The notes: a model not told the origin generated them from the sequence alone. Positions 48,115-58,596 are shown, numbered from the stretch's first letter. The stretch: DNA of 64,000 bases from Candidatus Poribacteria bacterium (GCA_965205015.1 OZ242029.1:3936001-4000000); one strand, 5' to 3'. Numbers and translations: made by a program.

Positions 48115-49473
48115 ATGGTTGATAAAGAAACGCTTGTCGAGTGGGATAAGCGTTACCTCTGGCATCCGTTCACACAAATGCAGGACTGGCTGGCGGAGGC
48201 GCCGGTCATCATTGAAAGAGGTGAAGGATGTTACCTCATCGATATTGCCGGAAATCGGTATATTGATGGGATCGCTTCCATGTGGACAAACGTTCATGGG
48301 CATAATCATCCAGCGCTGAACGCTGCGCTCAAGACGCAGATAGAAAAGATCGCCCACACGACCCTGCTTGGATACAGTAATATCCCGGCGATCCAGCTTG
48401 CCAAAAAACTGGTAGAACTTACACCGGTTGGATTGAACAAGGTGTTTTACTCCGACAACGGTTCAACGGCTGTTGAAGTTGCCCTGAAAATAGCGTATCA
48501 GTACTGGCAACACAAGGAAGAACCGCAACGGAAGTTGTTTATCCATTTTGATAATGCATACCACGGGGACACGATCGGTGCGATGAGTGTCGGGGGTATT
48601 GATAGTTTCCACGTTACCTTTGATTCCCTCCTTTTCAAAGGGATCCGCGTGTCCGTTCCTGAAGCCTATCCCCCTCCTCACGCTGATGCGTCTGGGGTTA
48701 AAACACGTTGGCTCCATGCCGTGGAACGCGCGCTGTGTGAACATGAAGGGCAAATCGCAGGTATTATCTTAGAACCGCTCATTCAGGGCGCGGGCGGCAT
48801 GCTTATCGCTCCGAAAGGGTTTCTAAAGGAACTTGCCGCATTAGCAAAACGATGGGAAACACTTCTTATTGTTGATGAAGTGATGACTGGGTTTGGACGG
48901 ACGGGCAAAATGTGGGCGTGCGAACACGAGGACGTTACACCCGACCTCTTCTGTATAGCCAAAGGACTCGCAGGCGGTTATCTCCCACTCGCGGCGACGT
49001 TAACCACCGACGAAATCTATAACGCCTTCCTGGGTGAATACCGGGACCTCAAGACCTTCTTCCACGGACACACCTTCACTGGAAACCCATTAGCATGCGC
49101 AGTCGCATTGGAAAATATCGCTATTTTCGAGCGTGAAAATCTCCTTTCCCACCTCCAATCTACTATTGCACACTTCAGCAATCGGCTTCAGGAATTCTAT
49201 AGACTGCCACATGTCGGTGATGTCCGAGTCTGTGGCTTTGCCGCCGGTGTAGAATTAATGAAAAACTCGGATACCTATATGCCTTATCCTTTTGAAGAGA
49301 AGATAGGGATCCGAGTGTGTAAAGAGGCACTCACCCGTGGGGCGATCCTTCGACCGCTTGTTAACACTATCGTTCTGATGCCCCCGCTACAGATCTCGAT
49401 TTCAGAGTTAGACGCGCTACTGGACATCGTTTATGCCTCAATCGAGATCGTTACAAACGGATACACCGATTGA
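48115..49473 (+). CDS. bioA: Adenosylmethionine-8-amino-7-oxononanoate aminotransferase
   Basis: WHPFTQM, SDNGSTAVEVALK, YHGDT, DEVMTGFGRTG, FFHGHTFTGNP. Confidence 0.96.
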   Translation: MVDKETLVEWDKRYLWHPFTQMQDWLAEAPVIIERGEGCYLIDIAGNRYIDGIASMWTNVHGHNHPALNAALKTQIEKIAHTTLLGYSNIPAIQLAKKLVELTPVGLNKVFYSDNGSTAVEVALKIAYQYWQHKEEPQRKLFIHFDNAYHGDTIGAMSVGGIDSFHVTFDSLLFKGIRVSVPEAYPPPHADASGVKTRWLHAVERALCEHEGQIAGIILEPLIQGAGGMLIAPKGFLKELAALAKRWETLLIVDEVMTGFGRTGKMWACEHEDVTPDLFCIAKGLAGGYLPLAATLTTDEIYNAFLGEYRDLKTFFHGHTFTGNPLACAVALENIAIFERENLLSHLQSTIAHFSNRLQEFYRLPHVGDVRVCGFAAGVELMKNSDTYMPYPFEEKIGIRVCKEALTRGAILRPLVNTIVLMPPLQISISELDALLDIVYASIEIVTNGYTD

Positions 49474-49497
49474 AAGAAACTGTCATCTATGAAAACG

Positions 49498-49573
49498 GAC
49501 GGGGTTAGAAACCTCGCCAGCGGTGGGAATGGGTGTAGGGTAGAAGACCGTCGAGGTTAGAAACCTCGTCTAC
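49498..49573 (-). repeat. Two REP-like palindromes of the CGAGGTTTCTAACCTCG family
   Basis: gacggggttagaaacctcgccagcgg and gtcgaggttagaaacctcgtctac; relatives at 15736-15761 and 61291-61317. Confidence 0.75.
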
Positions 49574-49586
49574 TGAGGATAGGTGT

Positions 49587-49618
49587 AAAAAAAATAGGGC
49601 GGGTTTAAAACCCGCCCT
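49587..49618 (-). terminator. Intrinsic terminator
   Basis: AGGGCGGGTTTTAAACCCGCCCT then A and T8 on the minus strand. Confidence 0.85.
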
Positions 49619-49632
49619 GAATCTAAAATCGG

Positions 49633-51777
49633 TTAGAAACTTGTCCTACCGACGGCCATGTTCCGTGCCCTATCTGTTACTTGAATGATAATCGTGTGCG
49701 CTCCTTCGGGGAGTTCACCTGTTTCGAGGAGGAGCTGCTCCTTTTTGGAATCAAAAATCCCATCGTCAGGGAAGATAACCTTCCAGTGTTCATCACTGTC
49801 AATCTTATAGACAGCCTTGTGGATAGGTGTGGCCATATCTGCCACGTCACAGGCAATTTTGTAGGTGCTATCACCGTTAGCAGTGACTTGGATTTCCCCG
49901 ATAGCCGGCTGTGTATTGTCCACCTCAACCGGCATACTCACCTTCTCAGCGGATTTCGCCCATCCGACTGGATTGCTGAGTTTATCGGTTGCAACGACTT
50001 TCAAGGTGTATCGTCCATCTGGGACGGTAGTGACATCCCATTCATAGGTCGCTTTGGACAATTCCTTTTTCAGGAGTCGCCAGTTGCTCTCGTCAACGGC
50101 TTTGTAGTAGAGGGTATACTGTAATGTATCGGCATTTGCGTCCTGAACCTTCCAATTCACCTTCCATTTTTTAGAAGGCGCATCGCCAGTAGTACCTGAT
50201 CCGCCGCTATCTCCGCCGCGCGCACTTGGGGGTGGTAAATTACCGCCAGAGGTGCGACGTCCTCTTTCTTGGTTTCCACTACCACTTCCATCGTCTATTT
50301 CGATACTGGTAAACCGGGGTTCAATATTAGTTTGGACGGAAGCAAGGGTAACCTTCTTCAAAACGGGCGTTTGCGCTGTGTCGCTGGTCGTGAACTTGGC
50401 ACGCCACTGAATGTACTGTCCATCGGTATTTGGAACCTGTGAGCCTTCCGCTGTTGTGAGTTCATCAGACCAATCGCTCCAAGTATCATCGGGCTTTTTC
50501 GTATTACCGGTACGGGTTGAGAAGGCAATTGCGGTTCCTTCTGCCATCTCACCTTCCCAAGAGAGTTTTCCCCATCGAGACAAACTTTTCGCGTCGTGAA
50601 CCTGAGATTCAAGGGTCCCCTCCTTAACGTAGGCGGTGGTGAGATTAAACAGTTTGCCGGGGTTCCCCGTCGCGAGGAGCGTTTTGATGCCCTCATCCCC
50701 CTTCTTCTGATGTATCGCGACGACTTGGTTTGCCGAGCATTTGCCGACTTCAACAGCGTCTCCGCTCATTGGGTTGACACGGTAGAGTTTTCCGTCATCC
50801 CCAGTGCCAGCCAGGATTTGTGCGTCACTTTCAAGGACGATCGCCAGAATAAGCGGCTCCGGCGATGCCCAAATGGGGACTGCTGTCCCGTCTGGACGAA
50901 TTTTGTAGATGTTAGACTTATTTTCCTGTGGTGCACCACCACCCGGTGGCGGTGGACCGGAGGGGGTTGGAGGTCCACTTGAACCACCACGTCGCCCTCT
51001 TGAGGGTTCAGCCGGTTGGGACGTAACCACCGCCGCATAAAGGTTGCCTTGGGTATCCATCTCAAGGGCACGAACTTCTTTTTCTTTCGCTTGGTAGATA
51101 ACTTTCGCAGTGCCATCGTCCATGATATGGTAAATAATACCGTTGTCGCTGCTGCCGGCATAGAACCCTTTTTCGTGTATCAGGAACGTCATGATATTTT
51201 TTTCTTCGGCATCAAACAGCACACTGGACTCACCCTCTGGCGTGATTTTGTAAATTTTACCATCAGTACCTGTCGCTGCATAGAGATTACCAGCATCATC
51301 AAATTTCAACGCCCACACATATTTGTCTCCTTTGTTGAGGAGGGTCGTCGGAGGCGTTGTGGCATCAGTGATTTTGTAAATCAATCCATCAGGTCCAGTG
51401 CCAGCGTAGAGGGCATTGTCGGGTCCGATAGCGAGACTGTAGATGGTGACTTCAGGTGAATTGTAATAGAGTTCGGCGGTGTCGCCATCTGCAGCAATTT
51501 TATAGATTTTCCCTTCGTTCCCGGTACCCGCATAGAGATTGCCTGATGAATCTTCTACAAGTGCCCAGACTTGGGTCTCCTTGAGTTTCGTAAAGGAATC
51601 AATTTTGGGAGATAACATCACATCTCCGGTACTCGTCAGCGAAAGGCCCTTCGGCTTCCCTGCCTCAAAATCCGCATGGTTTTCTTGTTTCCATAACGAT
51701 GTATTGACGGCGGATGCGAGGCTTGTATAAATAAAGACGGTGAAAATAAGACTCCCAAAGGAGATGACACGTCGCAT
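49633..51777 (-). CDS. Secreted beta-propeller plus FN3/Ig-like protein
   Basis: Signal peptide; repeated G.LYAGTG.EGKIYKI blades; C-terminal WDVTTVPDGRYTLKV, DNTQP. Confidence 0.8.
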   Translation of the reverse strand: MRRVISFGSLIFTVFIYTSLASAVNTSLWKQENHADFEAGKPKGLSLTSTGDVMLSPKIDSFTKLKETQVWALVEDSSGNLYAGTGNEGKIYKIAADGDTAELYYNSPEVTIYSLAIGPDNALYAGTGPDGLIYKITDATTPPTTLLNKGDKYVWALKFDDAGNLYAATGTDGKIYKITPEGESSVLFDAEEKNIMTFLIHEKGFYAGSSDNGIIYHIMDDGTAKVIYQAKEKEVRALEMDTQGNLYAAVVTSQPAEPSRGRRGGSSGPPTPSGPPPPGGGAPQENKSNIYKIRPDGTAVPIWASPEPLILAIVLESDAQILAGTGDDGKLYRVNPMSGDAVEVGKCSANQVVAIHQKKGDEGIKTLLATGNPGKLFNLTTAYVKEGTLESQVHDAKSLSRWGKLSWEGEMAEGTAIAFSTRTGNTKKPDDTWSDWSDELTTAEGSQVPNTDGQYIQWRAKFTTSDTAQTPVLKKVTLASVQTNIEPRFTSIEIDDGSGSGNQERGRRTSGGNLPPPSARGGDSGGSGTTGDAPSKKWKVNWKVQDANADTLQYTLYYKAVDESNWRLLKKELSKATYEWDVTTVPDGRYTLKVVATDKLSNPVGWAKSAEKVSMPVEVDNTQPAIGEIQVTANGDSTYKIACDVADMATPIHKAVYKIDSDEHWKVIFPDDGIFDSKKEQLLLETGELPEGAHTIIIQVTDRARNMAVGRTSF

Positions 51778-51835
51778 TGAAAATATCCTCCTGTAAAACT
51801 ATAAAATCCGAAAACTGTTAACCAAAAACTGAAAA

Positions 51836-53719
51836 CTATTCTTCCGCGTTTCTATCCACAACAAACCGAATGATGCCGCTGCCAGAAATAACATGGTCTG
51901 TCGGTGTCTTGTCTATGTGCAACGTTGTCCCTATAGTATACCCACTATTCCCGACCTGCTGTGCAGTATTCATGACAGACATGACGGAAGGGGGCAGATG
52001 CGCAAACTCTTCCCCTCGAACGGTGAGTCCCGGTTCGGGTACAAAGAGTTCCATAATAATCTCCGAGTTATTTTCGCCGCGTTGTAACAACTCGACTAAC
52101 TGATTGATGTTTCTGTGGCGAAAGTTCAAGGGTGCCCGGTTACGCTGCCAAATTTCGTGAAAGTTTGCATTGGTCGCTAAAAGTGTAACGAGCCCCTCGG
52201 GCGCATCTTTCGGAATCGTAATCGTTCCTGTTTGCACGATAGGGGCATCCAGGTAAGGCTGCAGTGTTATTTCGACCGTAACAGTGTCCCCGGGACGATA
52301 GCGGAGTTTATCCACTTGGAGGCTCTGGATCCTGGCTGTTCGTCGTTTGTCCTCTATACTCATATCAAGCGTAACATTTTCGACGTGAACCTTTGTGTAC
52401 GAGTTGAAGGCTAACTGTGCCATTGGCATCAGGAGCGTCTGCATGACCCCAAGCCCCGGTGATCCACTCGAAGAATAGATATTCCTGTAAACTAACTCAC
52501 GCGTTTTGAGGTTAGGATGCTCCTTCAAGGTGATAGTCGTTTCTACGTTCATCGTGTGGTCATTGGAGTAAAACTCAAGGGCATCCAGAAGGAACCATGC
52601 CCCCAGTCCAGCAAAACTGGGTGAAAATCCCTTATGACGCATCACTTCGTAATACTTTTGGTGCTGTTTGCCATCGCTTGTTTTGACATTGACGTTGATA
52701 GGAATATAACTCGGATGCCTCCCGATAATGCCAGCGATTGAAGTCTCCCTATCCTGCACTAAGGTCCCGATAGGCTGCGTCGGGGCGGCTACCTTGAAGG
52801 AACGGGAACGACTCGGCATAATAAAATGCACATATCCCCCGGAAAGTGGGATGTTAACATTGCCTTCTACCGAATCCCCATGCCCATAAGCGAGCAACTC
52901 ATTTCCATCTACATAACTGATAGTCCCATAGCCAAAGAAGGAAACATCCCCTCGAAGCAACTCGGTTCCGATTATCTGACCTGCCTCAATTGGTGATTCC
53001 TTAATGGGGCTCCCGCCCCCTGCTGCCTGTACAGGTATATAGTTGAACTTGTCAAAAATTGGCTTGACAAACCGCATGAGTTCTCGATTTAGGGGCGGAA
53101 GAGAGAGGGGCATTGACAACTGGGCAGATCGCGCTCGGACAGGCGTATCGGCGAGACCTTCACGCCATATTTCATCGAACGCGCGCGGAACTTGGGCAAC
53201 CTTCCCATCACGAAGCAAGGAGGGACCCATATCCAATCCATATTCCTGCATCGCAGCCGCAGCATCGAGGTTAAAGAGTTGCGTGCCTTCATAACTCAAA
53301 TTGGGCTCCATTCCACGCTGGGCGACTTTAACCATCAGCTCAATTGGTGTCACCCCAAAGAGATTGGCATGCTCTCGCTGATTGAAATGCCCGAGTGAGA
53401 GTGCTCCTATAAGCCGTCCGTCAATGTATATTGGACTCCCACTCATGCCGCCTGCGACCCCGGTGCGTTTAAAATTGTCGCTCAGACCTTTACACCATAT
53501 CACATGCCAATCCGGGAAATAATTGGCTTCAATACTCACAACTTCACATTCAAATTTTTCCACTGTTGTTCCGAAAAATACAGTGTAGCCTTGCCCTCTC
53601 ATACCCTGTTTCACTTCGGACAACGGCATAAATTTTTCAGCATCCCACTCAATCTGCGCATAACTCTGATATGTCGCCAAGCAGCATATCACAAGCGCGC
53701 AAAGCAAAGTCTTTTTCAA
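51836..53719 (-). CDS. Secreted SpoIVB peptidase S55 domain protein
   Basis: MPLSEVKQGMRGQGYTVF, AGGMSGSPIYIDGRLIGA; signal peptide. Confidence 0.88.
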   Translation of the reverse strand: MKKTLLCALVICCLATYQSYAQIEWDAEKFMPLSEVKQGMRGQGYTVFFGTTVEKFECEVVSIEANYFPDWHVIWCKGLSDNFKRTGVAGGMSGSPIYIDGRLIGALSLGHFNQREHANLFGVTPIELMVKVAQRGMEPNLSYEGTQLFNLDAAAAMQEYGLDMGPSLLRDGKVAQVPRAFDEIWREGLADTPVRARSAQLSMPLSLPPLNRELMRFVKPIFDKFNYIPVQAAGGGSPIKESPIEAGQIIGTELLRGDVSFFGYGTISYVDGNELLAYGHGDSVEGNVNIPLSGGYVHFIMPSRSRSFKVAAPTQPIGTLVQDRETSIAGIIGRHPSYIPINVNVKTSDGKQHQKYYEVMRHKGFSPSFAGLGAWFLLDALEFYSNDHTMNVETTITLKEHPNLKTRELVYRNIYSSSGSPGLGVMQTLLMPMAQLAFNSYTKVHVENVTLDMSIEDKRRTARIQSLQVDKLRYRPGDTVTVEITLQPYLDAPIVQTGTITIPKDAPEGLVTLLATNANFHEIWQRNRAPLNFRHRNINQLVELLQRGENNSEIIMELFVPEPGLTVRGEEFAHLPPSVMSVMNTAQQVGNSGYTIGTTLHIDKTPTDHVISGSGIIRFVVDRNAEE

Positions 53720-53786
53720 AACGTCTACTCCTCTCTAAACCATTGAAATCTGTTTATGCTTAAGTCTATTCAAAACATGATAATGC

Positions 53787-53815
53787 ATTATATCAAACAA
53801 CTGACGCGATGTCAA
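53787..53815 (-). promoter_or_regulatory. Consensus sigma-70 promoter for the S55 peptidase operon
   Basis: TTGACA-17-TATAAT. Confidence 0.8.
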
Positions 53816-53932
53816 CCTGAATTAAGAAAAAGTGTTAAAATCCGAAGGGGAGCAAACAACCTGATTTTCACTTGATTTTTTTTCCCATCGGTGTTATTCT
53901 AAATAAAACACTTTAGGAGTCGCACGCACAGC

Positions 53933-55477
53933 ATGCCGAATACCGCTTGCATTCTTTCAATCGACCAAGGGACAACAGGCACGACAGCCCTTCTCGTTGA
54001 TGTGCAGGGTAACATCATCGCACAAGGGTACCAAGAATTCACACAACACTATCCCCATCCGGGTTGGGTAGAACACGATCCAGAGGAAATCTGGAACGCC
54101 ACTTTACAAGCAATAGACGCACTTTTCAAAAAAGAAAACGCCCTGAATATTGTTGCTATCGGAATAGCCAACCAGCGTGAAACCACACTTGTTTGGGACA
54201 GGAAAACCGGAAAACCGATTTATCCTGCGATCGTCTGGCAGTGCCGCCGTACCGCAGATGAATGTGTGCTCCTTGAAAAACAGGGGGTTGCTGGAGAGAT
54301 AAAGGCGAAAACGGGGCTCGTAATTGATGCCTACTTTTCTGGCACAAAGGTTGCATGGATCTTAGATCACGTTAATGGTGCTCGCGAACGTGCCGAACGC
54401 GGCGAACTCGCCTTCGGAACTGTAGATACGTGGCTCCTTTGGAAATTAACGGATGGGGCAGTCCATAAAACCGATTACACAAATGCCTCGCGGACCCTGC
54501 TCTTTAATATCAATACACTCTCATGGGATGAAACCCTTCTGGAAATTTTGAACGTCCCTAAAGCGATTCTACCGGAAGTCTGTCCTTCCGCAAGCAACTT
54601 CGGCACAGCGAGTTTTTACCGGAATTTTTGGTTTGAAACCTTCGGGAAAAATATATCTCTGGATGGGATCCCAATCACTGGAATGGCGGGTGATCAGCAA
54701 GCCGCACTCTTCGGTCAATTGTGTATCAAACCCGGCATGGCGAAAAATACCTACGGGACGGGTTGTTTTCTCATGCTCAATACAGGTGCCGAAAAAGTAT
54801 CAACAAAAACTGGATTGCTGACAACACTCGCCTGTAGTTTAGACGAAACCCCCGTTTACGCAGTGGAGGGAAGTGTATTCGTTGCTGGTGCTGCCGTCCA
54901 ATGGCTTCGGGACGGTATCTCGATTATTGAGAGTGCGTCGGAAACGGAGGCAATTGCTTCCCAGATACCAGATTCGGGGGGAATCTTTGTTGTTCCAGCA
55001 TTTACCGGACTTGGCGCACCCTATTGGGATCCCGATGCCCGGGGGGCTATCCTCGGCTTAACGCGCGGGAGTACCCGTGACCAAATCGTCCGTGCCACAT
55101 TGGAATCAATTGCGTATCAATCCGCGGATGTCGTTGTCGCAATGTCGACCGACGCAGGGATGACATTGGATCAATTACGGGTTGACGGGGGTGCAGCCGC
55201 CAACAACTTCCTCATGCAGTTCCAAGCGGATATTCTGGGGATAAATGTAGAACGTCCAGCACAAATAGAATCAACGGGTTTAGGGGCTACCTACCTTGCG
55301 GGTATCACAGCCGGTGTATGGAACGACATCACAGAACTTGAGGCAAATAGAACCGAGCAAGCAAAACTTGAAGACTCCGCTTTTAGGGCTCGCGTCTTTT
55401 CACCACAAATAGACGCAACGCAACGCAACGAAAAACTCGCGCAGTGGAAGAAGGCAGTGCAACGAGTTGTGAGTTAA
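53933..55477 (+). CDS. glpK: Glycerol kinase
   Basis: IDQGTT, NQRETT, TDYTNASRT, GDQQAALFG, KNTYGTG, GLGAPYWD. Confidence 0.97.
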   Translation: MPNTACILSIDQGTTGTTALLVDVQGNIIAQGYQEFTQHYPHPGWVEHDPEEIWNATLQAIDALFKKENALNIVAIGIANQRETTLVWDRKTGKPIYPAIVWQCRRTADECVLLEKQGVAGEIKAKTGLVIDAYFSGTKVAWILDHVNGARERAERGELAFGTVDTWLLWKLTDGAVHKTDYTNASRTLLFNINTLSWDETLLEILNVPKAILPEVCPSASNFGTASFYRNFWFETFGKNISLDGIPITGMAGDQQAALFGQLCIKPGMAKNTYGTGCFLMLNTGAEKVSTKTGLLTTLACSLDETPVYAVEGSVFVAGAAVQWLRDGISIIESASETEAIASQIPDSGGIFVVPAFTGLGAPYWDPDARGAILGLTRGSTRDQIVRATLESIAYQSADVVVAMSTDAGMTLDQLRVDGGAAANNFLMQFQADILGINVERPAQIESTGLGATYLAGITAGVWNDITELEANRTEQAKLEDSAFRARVFSPQIDATQRNEKLAQWKKAVQRVVS

Positions 55478-55478
55478 A

Positions 55479-57176
55479 ATGCGACTTCAATGGAAGTATT
55501 CCCTTGTTATTAATCTCTCTGTCATCGCAATCCTCGTGGCGTTTTACTTTTTCGACAGCATCCGTGTCCGAAATGAGATGAATGCCCTTCACGCCTTGGG
55601 GGCAGAACGGGGGGCCGAACTGCGGAAAATCGCCGAGAACACGATTCTTAATGCCGTTGAGAGAGAAATCGAAACCCTAAGGGTATTTGATGCACAGCGA
55701 TTGGATAGAGTGCTGAATGAACTGAAGCAGGAACATCCGGATATGCAAAATGTGCTGAATATCCACGTCTCCTTAAATGATACCCGGATTCGTTCGAGTC
55801 TGCTCGCCGGTGAAACGGTTGTTGACATAAATCTTGATTCAGCGGATCTTGAGCAAATTGAGACAAAAGGCGCAACGATACACGCTGTTGAAGGACGGAA
55901 TGCGACGGCTATTGTTATTAAATACACCGCCGTTTTGACCGGACCAAAGTCGATTGCGTTGGAGCCGCGCGATTTCGCATACGAACCCATGCTCGATGAT
56001 GGGACGCTGCCGTATGAAGTCTGGTCGAAAGCCTTTGGTAAAGAGGTCTACGTACCAGACGATCCAGTGATAACTGAGGAGGAAGGTAGGCGCTGGCGAA
56101 TGACGGATCAGGAAAAGGGCGATCTTTATAATTTATGGAAGCAAGGGGAGACCCTGTGGATTCAAAAAGCACTCACCGGTTACATACAGGTACTTTTCGA
56201 TGTGCCTTATATCGGTAGGTCTATTCGATACTCATTGTTAATGCATGCCATATTGATTGTGATTGTGGGGGCGTTACTCGTAATCCTGATTGATCTCACG
56301 ACGAATCACCTAATTATGAAGCCTTTAGAGCGGATGACGCGTATTATTCAAAGCGCGGAGGATGGGGATTTATCACTTCAAGAGTCGTATTCATCGGATG
56401 AAATCGGGAGAGCCACCTACAATCTCGCAAGGATGCTGTGGCAACTCCGGGACTCTCATTCAAAACGGATTGCTGCTTTAGGACAATTTGCCGCGGGGGT
56501 GGCACACGAGATTCGGAATCCACTTAATTCGATTGGGATGACGGCGCAGCACCTAAAATCTGTTTTTTCGCAACAGAAAGTGAGCCAAGACGATATCGAA
56601 GAGGCGAAAGAACTCTTAGAGATCGTCGACCAAAAAATAACGGAACTGAAGCAGACCTCCGAGCAGTTCCTCACGTTGAATCGACCGAGAAGGTTGAATG
56701 TAGAACCGGTAGACCTCAACACGCTTGTGGAGCAAGTTTTATCTGAATTCGCGCTCATTGCTGAGGAAGCCAAAGTACAAGTCATCAGAAATTATGAGGA
56801 AAATCTACCGGAGGTCCAGTTGGATGCTGCCTTAATGCGCCAGACCCTCTTCAACTTCGTGCAAAACAGTATTCAAGCAATGCCGAAAGGGGGGAGTATC
56901 TACATCACAACCCTTGTGGAACAGATAGATCCGGAGACGAGAGAAGCGATGATTGAAATCCGAGATACCGGCATAGGCATCCCAGAAGAGATTCAGGAAC
57001 AAATTTACGATGCATACTTCACAACCAAAGACGCTACGGGCGGCATAGGACTCGGGCTTGCCGTTTCGCATCAGATTATCACAGCGCATAAAGGCAGAAT
57101 TGAAGTCCGAAGCAAAATGGGAATGGGAACCGCTTTTAAAATCAGTTTCCCGCTGAATTCGGAGAAACCGCTATGA
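55479..57176 (+). CDS. HAMP-domain sensor histidine kinase (NtrB-like)
   Basis: Two TMs, HAMP, AHEIRNPL, DTGIGI, GLGL. Confidence 0.95.
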   Translation: MRLQWKYSLVINLSVIAILVAFYFFDSIRVRNEMNALHALGAERGAELRKIAENTILNAVEREIETLRVFDAQRLDRVLNELKQEHPDMQNVLNIHVSLNDTRIRSSLLAGETVVDINLDSADLEQIETKGATIHAVEGRNATAIVIKYTAVLTGPKSIALEPRDFAYEPMLDDGTLPYEVWSKAFGKEVYVPDDPVITEEEGRRWRMTDQEKGDLYNLWKQGETLWIQKALTGYIQVLFDVPYIGRSIRYSLLMHAILIVIVGALLVILIDLTTNHLIMKPLERMTRIIQSAEDGDLSLQESYSSDEIGRATYNLARMLWQLRDSHSKRIAALGQFAAGVAHEIRNPLNSIGMTAQHLKSVFSQQKVSQDDIEEAKELLEIVDQKITELKQTSEQFLTLNRPRRLNVEPVDLNTLVEQVLSEFALIAEEAKVQVIRNYEENLPEVQLDAALMRQTLFNFVQNSIQAMPKGGSIYITTLVEQIDPETREAMIEIRDTGIGIPEEIQEQIYDAYFTTKDATGGIGLGLAVSHQIITAHKGRIEVRSKMGMGTAFKISFPLNSEKPL

Positions 57177-57207
57177 ATTCCCGGCTCAAATCAGGAGAAC
57201 CCAAACA

Positions 57208-58596
57208 ATGGCATCAATACTGATTGTGGACGACGACCGCGCACAATTGACAATTTTACAGCGTATTTTGAAACGCGAAGGGTACACAGTTGAAATCGTT
57301 GAAGACAGCAAAGCCGCGCTTGATAGCTTAGAAAAACAGATGTTTGACCTCGTTATCAGTGATATGTGGATGTCCTCCCGATTTGAGGGTAGAGACCTGC
57401 TTCGGGAAATAAAGCGGACCGACCCAGACCTGCCGGTGCTTATCATGACAGCGTTTGCGGAACTCAACGACGCGGTTAATCTTGTCGCGCACGAAGGCGC
57501 ATTCTATTATCTCGAGAAACCGATTCAAATTGAAGTTCTGAAACGGGAAGTGAAGCACGCGCTACAAACCCGTGGTGCACTCCGAAGCATCGAAGAAGAA
57601 ACCGATGAGGCAACACCAGAAATTCAGATTACTGAAATCGTGGGGGATAGTGAGAAAATGCAGGATCTGTTCAAAAATATGGCTCGGATTTTGCGTCGCG
57701 GCGTTACACAAGTTCTCGTCACAGGCGAAACGGGTTCTGGAAAAAGCCTTATTGCGCGTGCCCTGCACAAACACGGTCCCAGAAAAAACAAACCCTTCAT
57801 CTCGATTAACTGTGGGGCGATCCCTGAGACCCTCATTGAGAGCGAATTGTTTGGACATGAAAAGGGGGCGTTTACAGACGCATCACACCAAAAGAAAGGG
57901 CTTTTTGAAGTCGCAAACGAAGGGGTCCTCTTTCTCGATGAAATCGGGGATCTTCCGATCCAAACACAGAGTAAGCTATTGCACGTTTTAGAGGAACGTG
58001 AGATACGACGCATCGGTGGAACCCAGAACATTAAAGTAGATGTCTGTGTGATTGCTGCAACGAACAAAAATCTCGTTCAAGCCGTTCGAAACAGCACGTT
58101 TCGCGAAGACCTCTATTTTCGTTTGAATGTTATCCCACTCCACGTGCCACCGCTTCGAGAGCATCCAGAGGACATTCCGTTGCTCGTGGATTTCCTCATC
58201 CAGAAGTTCAGCAGTGAGTATGCAGAGGCACTCCCCAAAGAGGTTACACCACAGGCAATGTCTGTGCTCAGGCGATATCACTGGCCCGGCAACATCCGGC
58301 AATTAGAAAATTACCTCCGTCGTATTTTTGTACTCTCAGAAAATGAGGTGATCGATAAAGATGAATTGCCGCCGGAGATTTTAGACGCCTCGCTTCCAGC
58401 CACCGACGTTGAATTTGATATTCCTGAGGAGGGGGTTTCCCTTGACGAAATTATCAAGGAATACGTCTGCAGTGCCTTGACCAAAAGTAATGGGACACAG
58501 ATTCAAGCGGCAAAACTGTTGGGGATTTCGCGACGCAAACTTCAGCATCGGATGCAGAAATATGGTCTTCAAAGCCAAGACTTTAAAGCCGACTAA
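57208..58596 (+). CDS. Sigma-54-dependent response regulator (NtrC family)
   Basis: Receiver domain, GETGSGKS, ESELFGHEKGAFTDA, WPGNIRQLEN, Fis-type HTH. Confidence 0.96.
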   Translation: MASILIVDDDRAQLTILQRILKREGYTVEIVEDSKAALDSLEKQMFDLVISDMWMSSRFEGRDLLREIKRTDPDLPVLIMTAFAELNDAVNLVAHEGAFYYLEKPIQIEVLKREVKHALQTRGALRSIEEETDEATPEIQITEIVGDSEKMQDLFKNMARILRRGVTQVLVTGETGSGKSLIARALHKHGPRKNKPFISINCGAIPETLIESELFGHEKGAFTDASHQKKGLFEVANEGVLFLDEIGDLPIQTQSKLLHVLEEREIRRIGGTQNIKVDVCVIAATNKNLVQAVRNSTFREDLYFRLNVIPLHVPPLREHPEDIPLLVDFLIQKFSSEYAEALPKEVTPQAMSVLRRYHWPGNIRQLENYLRRIFVLSENEVIDKDELPPEILDASLPATDVEFDIPEEGVSLDEIIKEYVCSALTKSNGTQIQAAKLLGISRRKLQHRMQKYGLQSQDFKAD

